From positions 12,994 through 76,993 of the forward strand of contig NZ_DASPNO010000053.1 in assembly GCF_035626535.1 (NCBI RefSeq): 64,000 nt of DNA, in the 5' to 3' direction. Within the stretch, counting starts at the first letter, position 1, and every line of letters starts with the position of its first letter. Shown in pieces: positions 27,301-35,297 of the stretch. This DNA comes from Brevundimonas sp. (GTDB taxonomy: Bacteria; Pseudomonadota; Alphaproteobacteria; Caulobacterales; Caulobacteraceae). The notes under the pieces were generated by a model that was not told the DNA's origin, made no database searches, and saw only the letters and a list, made by a program, of their open reading frames with translations. The position numbers were made by a program, and so were the translations under genes.

Positions 27301-30300
27301 TTGTCCACCTCCACCAACCTTCATGGCGTCGCGACATCCTGGACCTTCCCCACGGGCGTCGTGATCACCCTGACCTACGGCGGGGGAACGGACACCAATA
27401 CGCCGGCGCTGGAGTCGGTCTCGAACAATCTGGGGGCGACGCTCACCTTCACCCATACCCAGACGCCGACCCAGGCGATGATCGAACACTGCCCAACGAT
27501 GGGGGACCCGCAAGCGTGTCATGAGGCGCTGAGCGGCGGCGGCCGTCTGACCAAAGTCCAGGCGGGGCCTGACGAGATCAACTTCGAACACCTGACCTAC
27601 TGCCCGCAGTTCGTCAATTTCTGCGCTTTCCAGCTGTACAGCGCGCAACGGCCCGGACTGCGCAAGCGGATCTATACGTACGGCTTCCCCACGGGCGGCT
27701 TGGCGACGGCGGTCTTTCCGATGGATTATCAGCAGGTCCTGACCCAAGTGAGTGATGAAGGCGTCACGACGCCGCGAGCGCGGTTCGACTGGCGCGCCGT
27801 CGGCGGCCAAGTTGCGCCTTATGTGGCCGAGGCCTTCGACGCCCAGAACCGCAAGACGGTCTACTATCCCTCGACCTTCACCTACTCCGCGGCCAAGGAC
27901 GCCACGGACGCGGTGATCCGGCAGACCTACGACGACGATGGGCGTCTGGTGACGGCGGCGGACGCCATGGGCCGGACCTCCCGCGCCCGCTACGACGGGG
28001 CCGGCCGGTCGAGCTGGATGCAGACGCCTTGGGGCGACACCACCGAGTTCACCTACGACAGGCTCGGCAACCTCAGAGAACGCAAACAGTCGCCGCTCGC
28101 CAACTGCGCCACCGGTCTGACTGTCCAGCAGCAGGCTTGGTGGTGCCAGGAGATCGTCGTCAAGGCGGAGTACGCCAACACGACGTGGCCGACCCGGCCG
28201 ACCAAAATCGTCCTGCCCGCGACCGAGGCGGATCCCCAGGTCCGCGAGTGGGAGATGGAGTACAACTCCCAAGGGCTGGTGACCCTGATCAGGGGTCCGA
28301 GGGTCGAGAACGGGCTTAACAACAATGTCCTCGAGCACCCGACCTGGGCGACCGGCTATGACAATCGGGGTCGGCCTGTGTGGACGCAGGATCCAACTGG
28401 CATCCGGTCAACGATGGCGTACGGTGAGTCCACGATGCCGGCTTTCTGCCTGACCTCCACGACCATGTCGGCTCAGCCCGCTGGCGTGGCCGGGATGATC
28501 ACGAGGATGGAATGCGACGTGGTCGGCAACGTCACCAAGGTGACCGACGCCCGCAACAACGTCACCACATCGACCTATGATAACCTGCGCCGCAAGCGGA
28601 CCGAAGACGGGCCGGCCAGCACGGCCATCAAGACCATCTGGAGCTACAATATCGATGGGGACCTGGACCTGGTGCGGCAGTGGGACTCGACCGGCAACAC
28701 GTGGCGTGACACCATCACCGCCTATTCGGCGACGCACAAGCCTCTGACCGTGACAGACCCCGACGGCGATCTGACCCGGACCTGCTACGACGCCGTGGAC
28801 CGCCCGGTGACCGTGATCGACGGCGAACGCCGGGCCACGCACACCGTCTATAACGCAGCCGGTCAGCCGACCGAAATCCATCGCTTCCAAAGGGCGGCGG
28901 CGGGCTCCTGTGGGTTCTCGACCGAGCTGCCGCAGGACGCCGGCTTCACCGAGACCCGCTGGCGGCGCTTTCAATACAATGCCGGAGGCTTGCAGAGCGC
29001 GGAAATCGACGCCCGAGGCAACGTCACCCAGCAGCAGTACGACGGCGTCGGCCGGCCGATTCGAACCATCTACCCGAACACCCTGCAGGCGTGGACGGCG
29101 ATGGACGAGCGGGGGCAGGTGGTAGTGCGCAAGACCCGCGCCAATCACTGGGCGAGCGTCTTCTACGACGGCATGGGCCGGGACTTCCACGTGCGGGAGT
29201 ACGCCAACAGCGAAACCGCCTACAAGTACAGGGGCCGCAACAGCCGGGCGAACTACGACCTGGCTGGCCGACCTGTCTGGCGGGCGGTGTCGAACCAGAC
29301 CACGCAGACCAATACCTACGATGAGGCGCTGAACCGCGATGTCCGAACCTATAGCTATGACCAAGCCGGACGGCTGACCTCCGAACAGTGGCGGCCGGAG
29401 GGCGTGGCGGGGATCAGCTTCACCACCGGGTACGGCTACGACACTGTCAGCAACCGGACCTCGATCACTTGGCCGGGCGCCTGGACAGCCGCTTACGCCT
29501 ACGACGCGGCCAATCGGGTCAAGTCGGTGAACTTCCCGGGACCCGCAGGCGCGCCGCAAGTCGTGGCCCTGGACCACGACTCTCTCAGCCGCCTCACTAG
29601 AATGGATCGGCCGGGTGCGGCCGCCGACACCACCTACACCTATGATGCGGATAGCGATCTTGCGGTGCTGAGCCATGGCTTTGTCGCAGGAACAGGGCCG
29701 GGGGCGGTGAGCTTCTCCTACGGCCACGACGCGGCGGGCAAGATTACCTCGATTGGGATTGATCAACCGGCCTTCGAGTGGATGCCGACGCTGACATACG
29801 CCCGCAGTTACGGGGCGGCGAATGTGATGAACCAGGTAGCGTCCGAGACGGATAGTGTTACATCGAGGGCGCTATCCTTCGACGGCAACGGCAACCTGTC
29901 CCAAGAGGTGCGCACGCCCGTCGTCGGCGGGACCCCGGTCACCTGGACCTATCACTGGACCTACGGCAACCGCTTGGGTGTGGTCACCAACAACGCCGCG
30001 GTTTCGCCGCTGACTGCGAGTTACCATTATGACTCCGATGATCGCCGCACCAAGAAGGTGGTCAACGGAGTTACCCGGCGGATGATGTGGTCGGGGATGG
30101 ATGAACTAGCGGAGTATGACGTTAACGGCGACTTGCTCCGACGCTTTATCCCCGATGGCACGGGCGCGATGGACGCACGGCTGGCGACGGTGACACCGAC
30201 AGGGGACGTCTACTGGCATCACACCGACCACCAAGGGTCGGTGATCGCCACGTCGAACAGCGCCGGGGAGACGGTCGGTGTGGCCAGCTATTCGCCTTAC

Positions 30301-31086
30301 GGAGAGTTCGGGGGCGATGCGACGACGACGCCGCAGCACAGTCCGTTCGGTTATGCCGGGCGGCAGTACGATGAGGAGACAGGGCTGTATCAGTACCGGG
30401 CGCGATACTATTCTCCGCGCTTGGGACAGTTCCTGTCTAGTGATCCGATTGGGACTAAGGACGATCCGAACCTGTATCTCTACGTCGCAAACGATCCGGT
30501 GAACCTGACCGATCCGACCGGGATGGAATGCAAGAATAACACTGAGGCAGGGACAACGAACTGCGTCACCAAAGACTACAATGTCACATTCAAGACGACG
30601 GATAGTTTTCCTGGGACTGACGCCTCGCGAAGCGACTTCCACTATTATGACGAAACCGCGCAGTCACACTTGGGCGTCGATGCGACCAGGAATTGGGTTC
30701 AGCAGAACCCCACGCCGGGCGATCCTAGCCCTGCGACTCCGGGCGGTACTAGAAATGATGCCACACCAGTGATTGGCGGACTGCCCGGGGATATCAGTCC
30801 CGTATCGTCGATCACGACTACCAATACGGTCAGTGGAAATCCTGTGGTCGTGAACGTTACCTTGCCGGGCCATCCTCTTTTCCCTGGTATAGTCGTTCGG
30901 GAGGTGGTGCCTAACGCCGACGGCACTTCAACCATTCATAATCGGGGTGAGGGCAATGGCGACCTGCAGCGACCGGGCGCTCCTTTTGCCGGGGCAATCA
31001 ACGGCGTGTGGAGAGGTCAGCGTCCGCCTCCGCCGACTCGGCCCTCTGGCCCAACGTGTTCTTACACATTGATGGGATGCCGATGA
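24397..31086 (+). CDS. RHS/YD-repeat polymorphic toxin with Sec-like signal, transglutaminase-like domain, DUF6531-like domain and unknown C-terminal domain
   Basis: N-terminal hydrophobic stretch ending AWA|Q; DQAQLMVELLR..ARYVFG..HVWVE..FDP; GLGMGWTHNWE; many YD repeats; YRARYYSPRLGQFLSSDPIG...NDPVNLTDPTG. Confidence 0.95.
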   Translation: MKFWVDRIRPAGRVLTGKGAVFATLALAAVAIVASLALLKPFAWAQTWPAYYNSAQTPSDLPGMRLSLQYNLVSPTSSDLVTVYGTPASPAAPAPSARIVALARSLENDPDRIYQFVHNSILFEPQFGLHKGADGVLLDGSGGSFDQAQLMVELLRTSNIQARYVFGTVNLTGADAKSILRVDTGRQACILLATAGTPATINNGTTSCANLGATLSDVQMLHVWVEAFIDDQWYAFDPSLKTTTKITGVDLWAAADTSASAAWSNVSSGVSVSGGDLNGVNATHIENDMVAYAMALQTNLINNHTEKSLKQLTGGWEIVRTEAAPRNITLPRQASVSTRWTGDVPTPYRATLRLQAAGFDHVFDLPSIYGWRTQAQFRDGVLRVAVRKKEHLDADAAAYFADELDGGLSINPCDGVHVFCANVPGQHPPDGRRLTMTIDHPYAARKTGAPTANLGTFGDETVVKQLQAGKRADILLRTAGGNGGRKAAWAAAYDPIQQHRIVPAGRDFDQCYLKPPVWNPDLERWEWHVDSPSDCDEATGVDWRYWVPDSAYGNGPFATGEVAVAEMGTRKDSLLNGWTDLFDGTVAILEPLSGARIFHQHSIGVALTTGDNVLDIETSVGIAANGADQPHHILSALAALAVTEEALALSQSGMERPSFKGSPFQVITAPRRLATGTGLKVLTAPGSTTSLPADVNADTKDRIEAYLTKGYSVVATTTGGVNAFLARRNDGSEQAWIIRSSAEETGHANPLIAFRKGAEQETPNPVDYLGKAESRRIAANVAGSLLGAVDLRTGTLSFSEGAELSIGQGDFPYSLSFSRSYVSTGPMEGTSGLGMGWTHNWESSVSHAMDVGTLLPQAGTETAAPMLMAAMIALEAGRADTLQAAVVSGIALDFLQEQVATNIVTVSGGGQSSRFVRMVDGSWRNPASPTESIAPASAPFIGADTREINWTLADGSVMAFRDVENPSTLSTSTNLHGVATSWTFPTGVVITLTYGGGTDTNTPALESVSNNLGATLTFTHTQTPTQAMIEHCPTMGDPQACHEALSGGGRLTKVQAGPDEINFEHLTYCPQFVNFCAFQLYSAQRPGLRKRIYTYGFPTGGLATAVFPMDYQQVLTQVSDEGVTTPRARFDWRAVGGQVAPYVAEAFDAQNRKTVYYPSTFTYSAAKDATDAVIRQTYDDDGRLVTAADAMGRTSRARYDGAGRSSWMQTPWGDTTEFTYDRLGNLRERKQSPLANCATGLTVQQQAWWCQEIVVKAEYANTTWPTRPTKIVLPATEADPQVREWEMEYNSQGLVTLIRGPRVENGLNNNVLEHPTWATGYDNRGRPVWTQDPTGIRSTMAYGESTMPAFCLTSTTMSAQPAGVAGMITRMECDVVGNVTKVTDARNNVTTSTYDNLRRKRTEDGPASTAIKTIWSYNIDGDLDLVRQWDSTGNTWRDTITAYSATHKPLTVTDPDGDLTRTCYDAVDRPVTVIDGERRATHTVYNAAGQPTEIHRFQRAAAGSCGFSTELPQDAGFTETRWRRFQYNAGGLQSAEIDARGNVTQQQYDGVGRPIRTIYPNTLQAWTAMDERGQVVVRKTRANHWASVFYDGMGRDFHVREYANSETAYKYRGRNSRANYDLAGRPVWRAVSNQTTQTNTYDEALNRDVRTYSYDQAGRLTSEQWRPEGVAGISFTTGYGYDTVSNRTSITWPGAWTAAYAYDAANRVKSVNFPGPAGAPQVVALDHDSLSRLTRMDRPGAAADTTYTYDADSDLAVLSHGFVAGTGPGAVSFSYGHDAAGKITSIGIDQPAFEWMPTLTYARSYGAANVMNQVASETDSVTSRALSFDGNGNLSQEVRTPVVGGTPVTWTYHWTYGNRLGVVTNNAAVSPLTASYHYDSDDRRTKKVVNGVTRRMMWSGMDELAEYDVNGDLLRRFIPDGTGAMDARLATVTPTGDVYWHHTDHQGSVIATSNSAGETVGVASYSPYGEFGGDATTTPQHSPFGYAGRQYDEETGLYQYRARYYSPRLGQFLSSDPIGTKDDPNLYLYVANDPVNLTDPTGMECKNNTEAGTTNCVTKDYNVTFKTTDSFPGTDASRSDFHYYDETAQSHLGVDATRNWVQQNPTPGDPSPATPGGTRNDATPVIGGLPGDISPVSSITTTNTVSGNPVVVNVTLPGHPLFPGIVVREVVPNADGTSTIHNRGEGNGDLQRPGAPFAGAINGVWRGQRPPPPTRPSGPTCSYTLMGCR

Positions 31087-31490
31087 TGCACGGCTTTAAT
31101 ATTCGAGCTGGGTTGGCGTTTCTGATTGCACCAGTCGCTTTTGGAATTCTGGCTTTGTTAGTCGCAACGATTTCGGGCAACGCCTCTGAAGGGCTTTGGG
31201 CGCTGAGATTGTCAGCAATGCTCGGGTATCCAGTTGCGCTGCTAACCGGGCTTCCCGCGTATCTGTGGATGACCCAAAGGCGGTGGGTCGGCCTGCCTGC
31301 GTACCTCGGCTTGGCCGTAGTCTACGCGGTCGTCTTGTCGGTGTGGCTATTCCTTAGGCCGGCATTGATGAGGCCAGAACACCTAAATCTGAATGCTCTA
31401 GCGCTTCAAAGCGGAGCGGTGCTGATCGGATGTACCATCACCCTAGTGATATTCTGGCTGATCGCCCGGCCGGATAAAGGGGGTCGGTGA
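31083..31490 (+). CDS. Putative membrane immunity protein (about 4 TM)
   Basis: ATGA overlap with the RHS stop; hydrophobic throughout; lower GC, like the RHS tip. Confidence 0.7.
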   Translation: MMHGFNIRAGLAFLIAPVAFGILALLVATISGNASEGLWALRLSAMLGYPVALLTGLPAYLWMTQRRWVGLPAYLGLAVVYAVVLSVWLFLRPALMRPEHLNLNALALQSGAVLIGCTITLVIFWLIARPDKGGR

Positions 31491-31533
31491 GCGACCGAGT
31501 GCCGGATAAAGGGGGTCGGTGAGCGACCGAGTG
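31470..31533. repeat. Exact 32-bp tandem duplication
   Basis: ccggataaagggggtcggtgagcgaccgagtg at 31470-31501 and 31502-31533. Confidence 0.95.
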
Positions 31534-31595
31534 CAGGATAGGCTTCGCGCCGACATTGTCTGACAGCCTTGGCCGTAGCGGCACGCCGTTCCGGC

Positions 31596-31724
31596 TCAGC
31601 GCTCGTGGTGGTCGCGCGGCTTGGACAGGGCTTGGAGGAGCGCCTTGAGGGCGTAGAGGCCGGCGATGCCGGCTCCGACGACGGCCAGGCCGATGACGAA
31701 GTTGATCGTGAATGCATCGGCCAT
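31596..31724 (-). CDS. Small membrane protein (42 aa), below the ORF-track threshold
   Basis: MADAFTINFVIGLAVVGAGIAGLYALKALLQALSKPRDHHER; strongly GC3-biased codons. Confidence 0.6.
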   Translation of the reverse strand: MADAFTINFVIGLAVVGAGIAGLYALKALLQALSKPRDHHER

Positions 31725-31954
31725 GGTTCGGTCCGCTTCGGGGTCCGGGCGCCGAGGCGCCCCTGTCGCGGTCAAGGATAGCCCAGCGGCTGGTCGTCGG
31801 CGAGGTTCGGCCGAGCGCCTAGAGGGAGTGAAGGCCCCGCCCTAGATCCCGCTCACCCGCGTTGGAATCGAGCGCTCCTCACTATCGCAATCCGAGCACT
31901 CGCACCCCGCGCTGTGTACAGAATCCAGAGCTAAGAAGCTGTCAGGTGATTTAA

Positions 31955-32257
31955 ATGTTTAAAGATGTGACGACGGTAGGAATTATTTCATTCCTAGTGG
32001 CTTGTTCACCGCAAGAGCCGGATGCACAACCGACACCTTCAACGGAGAAGGATGCCGAGTGCCGGGCTATATGGTTGCAACTCACTCCTGAGCAGAGAGT
32101 GGCATTCGGCAGTGAAGCCAACTTCGAACGCAAGTGTGTGGCTTCAACTTGGGTGGTCCAGTGTCAGGGGGGATCTATTGAAGGCGGGGCCGAATTGCAT
32201 CGCCTCTGTAGATCTGATGGTGGTGTCGATCGCACCTTCAAGGGCGAGGACGGGTGA
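31955..32257 (+). CDS. Small Cys-rich lipoprotein
   Basis: Lipobox-like FLVAC at residue 17 followed by four more Cys; lower GC. Confidence 0.6.
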   Translation: MFKDVTTVGIISFLVACSPQEPDAQPTPSTEKDAECRAIWLQLTPEQRVAFGSEANFERKCVASTWVVQCQGGSIEGGAELHRLCRSDGGVDRTFKGEDG

Positions 32258-32514
32258 GTGCTGATCCACACACGCTGCAATAGTCGGGCTCACCTTTCCA
32301 AGTCTCACCAAGTACCGCCGCGCCGCCGACAGCACGGCTGTGTGGCACCGTCCGCCTCAAGGGAAACCTGGCTTCGATTATTCACAATAGTTTATGCAAA
32401 GTAGGGATTCGACTCCGGTGGGGCGAATGTCTGCACTTCATCGCTGAGCTCGGTCGGTCCTCCTGTCACAAGAGCAGTCTGCAGGAAGACTTGGGGGCGA
32501 GGAGTGCTGACGCC

Positions 32515-32703
32515 CTAGCTTGGATCGATCGCATAAACCCAAACCGCAACTGTCGACGGAATTGAAAGCCGGCCGGTTTCCCACTCAAACACGGTCGAAC
32601 GGCTACGATTGAAGATTGTCCCAAGTTCACTCTGAGAGAGGCCCAAGCCCTTGCGCCGACGCCGCAGTTGAACTGGCAAGGACTCACCCTGCCAACGCTC
32701 CAT
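32515..32703 (-). CDS. Small XRE-family HTH protein (62 aa)
   Basis: LRRRRKGLGLSQSELGTIFNRSRSTVFEWETGRLSIP; AGGTGAT SD 10 nt before the ATG. Confidence 0.7.
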   Translation of the reverse strand: MERWQGESLPVQLRRRRKGLGLSQSELGTIFNRSRSTVFEWETGRLSIPSTVAVWVYAIDPS

Positions 32704-33748
32704 GTCGGGCCGGATCACCTGCAAAGTGATCGGCAATTCTCCCCGCAAAAAGGGAAACGCAACTCGCCCTTTGCGGCAGCCAGTCGGCGAGGTGTCCCGG
32801 CGGCGTCTCCCACGTCGGGCGGCTGATGACTCCGAGACGCCAGCCTCGGGACCACAGCCGGAAGCCGAGATCGGCGTCCTCGGTGACGTTGAAGCTGTCC
32901 CAGCCGCCGATCTCGCGCAGCACGTCGACGCGGAAGTGGTTGCTTGTGCCGCCAAGGGGGAAGGGCAGACCGAGGTGGGCCATGCCGGGGAGGGCGGTCT
33001 CGAACAGGCTGGCGTATTCGGCGGCGAACTGGCGATCGAGGAACGGCGAGGCTTCTACCCCTCGGCGTCCCCGCCGGATCCGCAGCGGGGCCTGCAGGCA
33101 CGCCAGCCGTCCATCCGCATCCGCGGCGAACTGCGTGGCCGCCTCCCGCAGCTGCAACGGGTCGGGCTCGTCCTCGGCGTCGTAGACGGTGAGCAAATCG
33201 CCGGTGACATGGGGCAGGGCGCAGTTGAGGGCGCGGGGCTTGGTCCGGGGGCGGCCCGGCGGAGCGACGAAGACCTCCAGCCACGCCGGCCGAGCCGCGG
33301 CCAGCGCCGCGGCGATGGTTTGATGATCGTCGGCCTCGAGGATCAGCAGCCCCTGCAGACGATCCGTCGGATAGTCGAGCCGCGCCAGTCGCCCAACCAG
33401 CTGGTCCATTACCTCCGCCTCATCGTGAAGCGCCACAAGAACGGTGTAGGGCGGAAGCGCGTCGGGCGGCTGATCCGCGTGACCGGCGGGCGGGGAGCTC
33501 AGCACTACGAGCAGGACCCGCCACACGGAGACGGTCAGGAAGGTCGTCGCGGCGCCCGCCACCGCCACGGGTCCGATCACGTCGGGGCGAAACGAGAGCA
33601 GGACGCCCACCGCTGCGACTGCGCCGGACAGCGCCAGCCACTGGAAGCCGGAGAGACCGCGCCACATGGCGCTGCTTAACCGGGGCGGCCCGTGGCGCGC
33701 TGTGTCGCGCCCGCGATCACGACGATCGCTGATCCCCGCCCTGCCCAT
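32684..33748 (-). pseudogene. GT2 (cellulose-synthase-like) glycosyltransferase, 3'-truncated
   Basis: ALHDEAEV, TKPRALN, YDAED, GGTSNHF, NVTEDADLG; ends at WLPQR with the QxxRW motif incomplete and no downstream TM helices. Confidence 0.75.
32743..32776. other. Candidate att site (imperfect inverted repeat)
   Basis: ccgcaaaaaggg-aaacgcaactcg-ccctttgcgg located at the point where the GT2 reading frame loses family similarity. Confidence 0.55.
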
Positions 33749-33804
33749 GGCGAAGGGTTAACGCGCTGATTCGCGGGGGGCAAGCGGTTGGCGCGTGACG
33801 GGGA

Positions 33805-34479
33805 ATGCCGCTATTCAAGGTTTCCGAGTTCGGAGTCCCGCCAAACGTGACCGCCCCCGCCGTCCTGAATCCGCGATCCCAGCGCAAGCCCAAGGGCGAG
33901 GGCCACGCTCGCCGCGCCGAGATTCTGGCCGCCGCCGAGCGCATCTTCGTCGAGCACGGCTACGAGGGCGCCACTATCCGGAAGATCGCCGACGAGGTCG
34001 GCCTGTCCTCCACCGCGCTCTACATGCATTTCGCCGAGAAGGGCGAGATCCTGCATGAGATCTGCCGCCAGGCTTTTGCAGCCTTGCTGGAGCTGAACCT
34101 CGCCGTCGTGGCCGAACCCGGCGGGCCGGAGCAGCGGCTGCGGCGGATGATGCGCGCCTATATCGACTTCGGCTTCGACAATCCGAACGCCTATCGTCTG
34201 GTCTATATGACCCGGCCGGTTGAGCTCCAGCATGGGGCCATGTCAGCGGCCCAGGAACTGGGCGGGGCCCTCTACCGGTCGTTCGAGCAGGTGGTCGAGG
34301 ACGCCGAGACCGACGGCCTGCTGCGCGGCGATGCGCGGACGACGGCCCAGGCTCTCTGGGCCGGATGCCACGGCGTGGTGTCCCTGATGATCACCAAGCC
34401 GTATTTCGACTGGGCGGATCGCGAGACGCTGGTCGCCACCCTGCTGGACGGGTTGTTCGCAGGGCTGATGAAGCCGTGA
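33805..34479 (+). CDS. TetR/AcrR-family regulator
   Basis: ILAAAERIFVEHGYEGATIRKIADEVGLSSTALYMHF. Confidence 0.93.
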   Translation: MPLFKVSEFGVPPNVTAPAVLNPRSQRKPKGEGHARRAEILAAAERIFVEHGYEGATIRKIADEVGLSSTALYMHFAEKGEILHEICRQAFAALLELNLAVVAEPGGPEQRLRRMMRAYIDFGFDNPNAYRLVYMTRPVELQHGAMSAAQELGGALYRSFEQVVEDAETDGLLRGDARTTAQALWAGCHGVVSLMITKPYFDWADRETLVATLLDGLFAGLMKP

Positions 34480-35297
34480 GGCGCGCCGCCGCGGGGTTGG
34501 CGGCCGCCGCACTGGTTCTCGCCCTGACGGCGAGCGGCGCGCCGGCCGGCGCAGAGGAGAGCCGCCCCCTGCGGGTCATGTCGCTGGATCAGTGCGGCGA
34601 CCAATATGCACTGGCGCTGGCGCCCGGGGCGGAGCTGGCCCTTTCCCCTCGCGCCGACGATCCGGATTCGTGGATGCGGGAGGCGGCGGCGGGCCGTCGC
34701 CGGATGCGACCGACGCTGGAGAGCGCGATGGCGTTCCAGCCAGACGTCGTCGTCCGCTACTGGGGCGGCGATGCGCGGCTGCTGGCCCGGCTGGAGGCCC
34801 GCGGGGTCCGCGTCGTCACCATTGCTGACGCCGCGAACTTCGAGGGTGTCCGCGCGAACATCCGGACGGCGGCGTCGGCGCTCGGCACTCCCTCCCGCGG
34901 AGAGGCGCTGATCGCCCGGATGGACGCCCGATTGCGCCTGGCGGCGCCCGCCGGCGGCGCGCCGAAACGGCCGGCCCTGTATCTGACGGCCGGCGGATTC
35001 ACGGCCGGACGCGGCACCCTGGTCGATTCCATCCTGAGCGCCGCGGGGCTGGTCAATCTGGTCGGCGCTCCGGGATTCGCGCCCGTGAGCGTCGAGCGCA
35101 TCGTCCTGTGGCGGCCGGCGCGGTTCGTGCTCGGCTTCTTCGACCAGTCGCGCGGCGACTGGCGCGGCCCCGGCCGCCACCCGGCCGTCCGCAGAGCCGC
35201 CAAAGGCCGGGTGGCGGCGCGGTTGCCGGCGGCGAGCCTGACCTGCCCCGCCTGGTTCGCGGCGGACGCGGCGGCGATGTTGAGGTCGGCCGGGTGA
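34476..35297 (+). CDS. ABC transporter substrate-binding protein (BtuF/FepB-like)
   Basis: Signal peptide; RVMSLDQCGDQ; GTLVDSILSAAGLVN. Confidence 0.85.
   Translation: MRRAAAGLAAAALVLALTASGAPAGAEESRPLRVMSLDQCGDQYALALAPGAELALSPRADDPDSWMREAAAGRRRMRPTLESAMAFQPDVVVRYWGGDARLLARLEARGVRVVTIADAANFEGVRANIRTAASALGTPSRGEALIARMDARLRLAAPAGGAPKRPALYLTAGGFTAGRGTLVDSILSAAGLVNLVGAPGFAPVSVERIVLWRPARFVLGFFDQSRGDWRGPGRHPAVRRAAKGRVAARLPAASLTCPAWFAADAAAMLRSAG

Larger units (their letters stand above)
1..32776. mobile_element. Integrative island (serine-recombinase element); left end lies outside the window
   Basis: Contains a large serine recombinase, ParB-like, helicase-like, T4CP-like, defence and toxin cargo. 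The right end coincides with truncation of a host GT2 gene at ~32,767, and housekeeping genes follow. Confidence 0.75.

Noticed and set aside
31470-31533. Possible CRISPR array
   Set aside because: Two adjacent copies with no spacer and no cas genes.
32401-32420. GGATTCGAC motif resembling a tRNA T-arm or tmRNA 5' segment
   Set aside because: No acceptor stem, CCA end or cloverleaf could be built around it.
33749-34475. Cobalamin riboswitch ahead of the Btu-like transporter
   Set aside because: No B12-box consensus recognised; the operon begins with the TetR gene.
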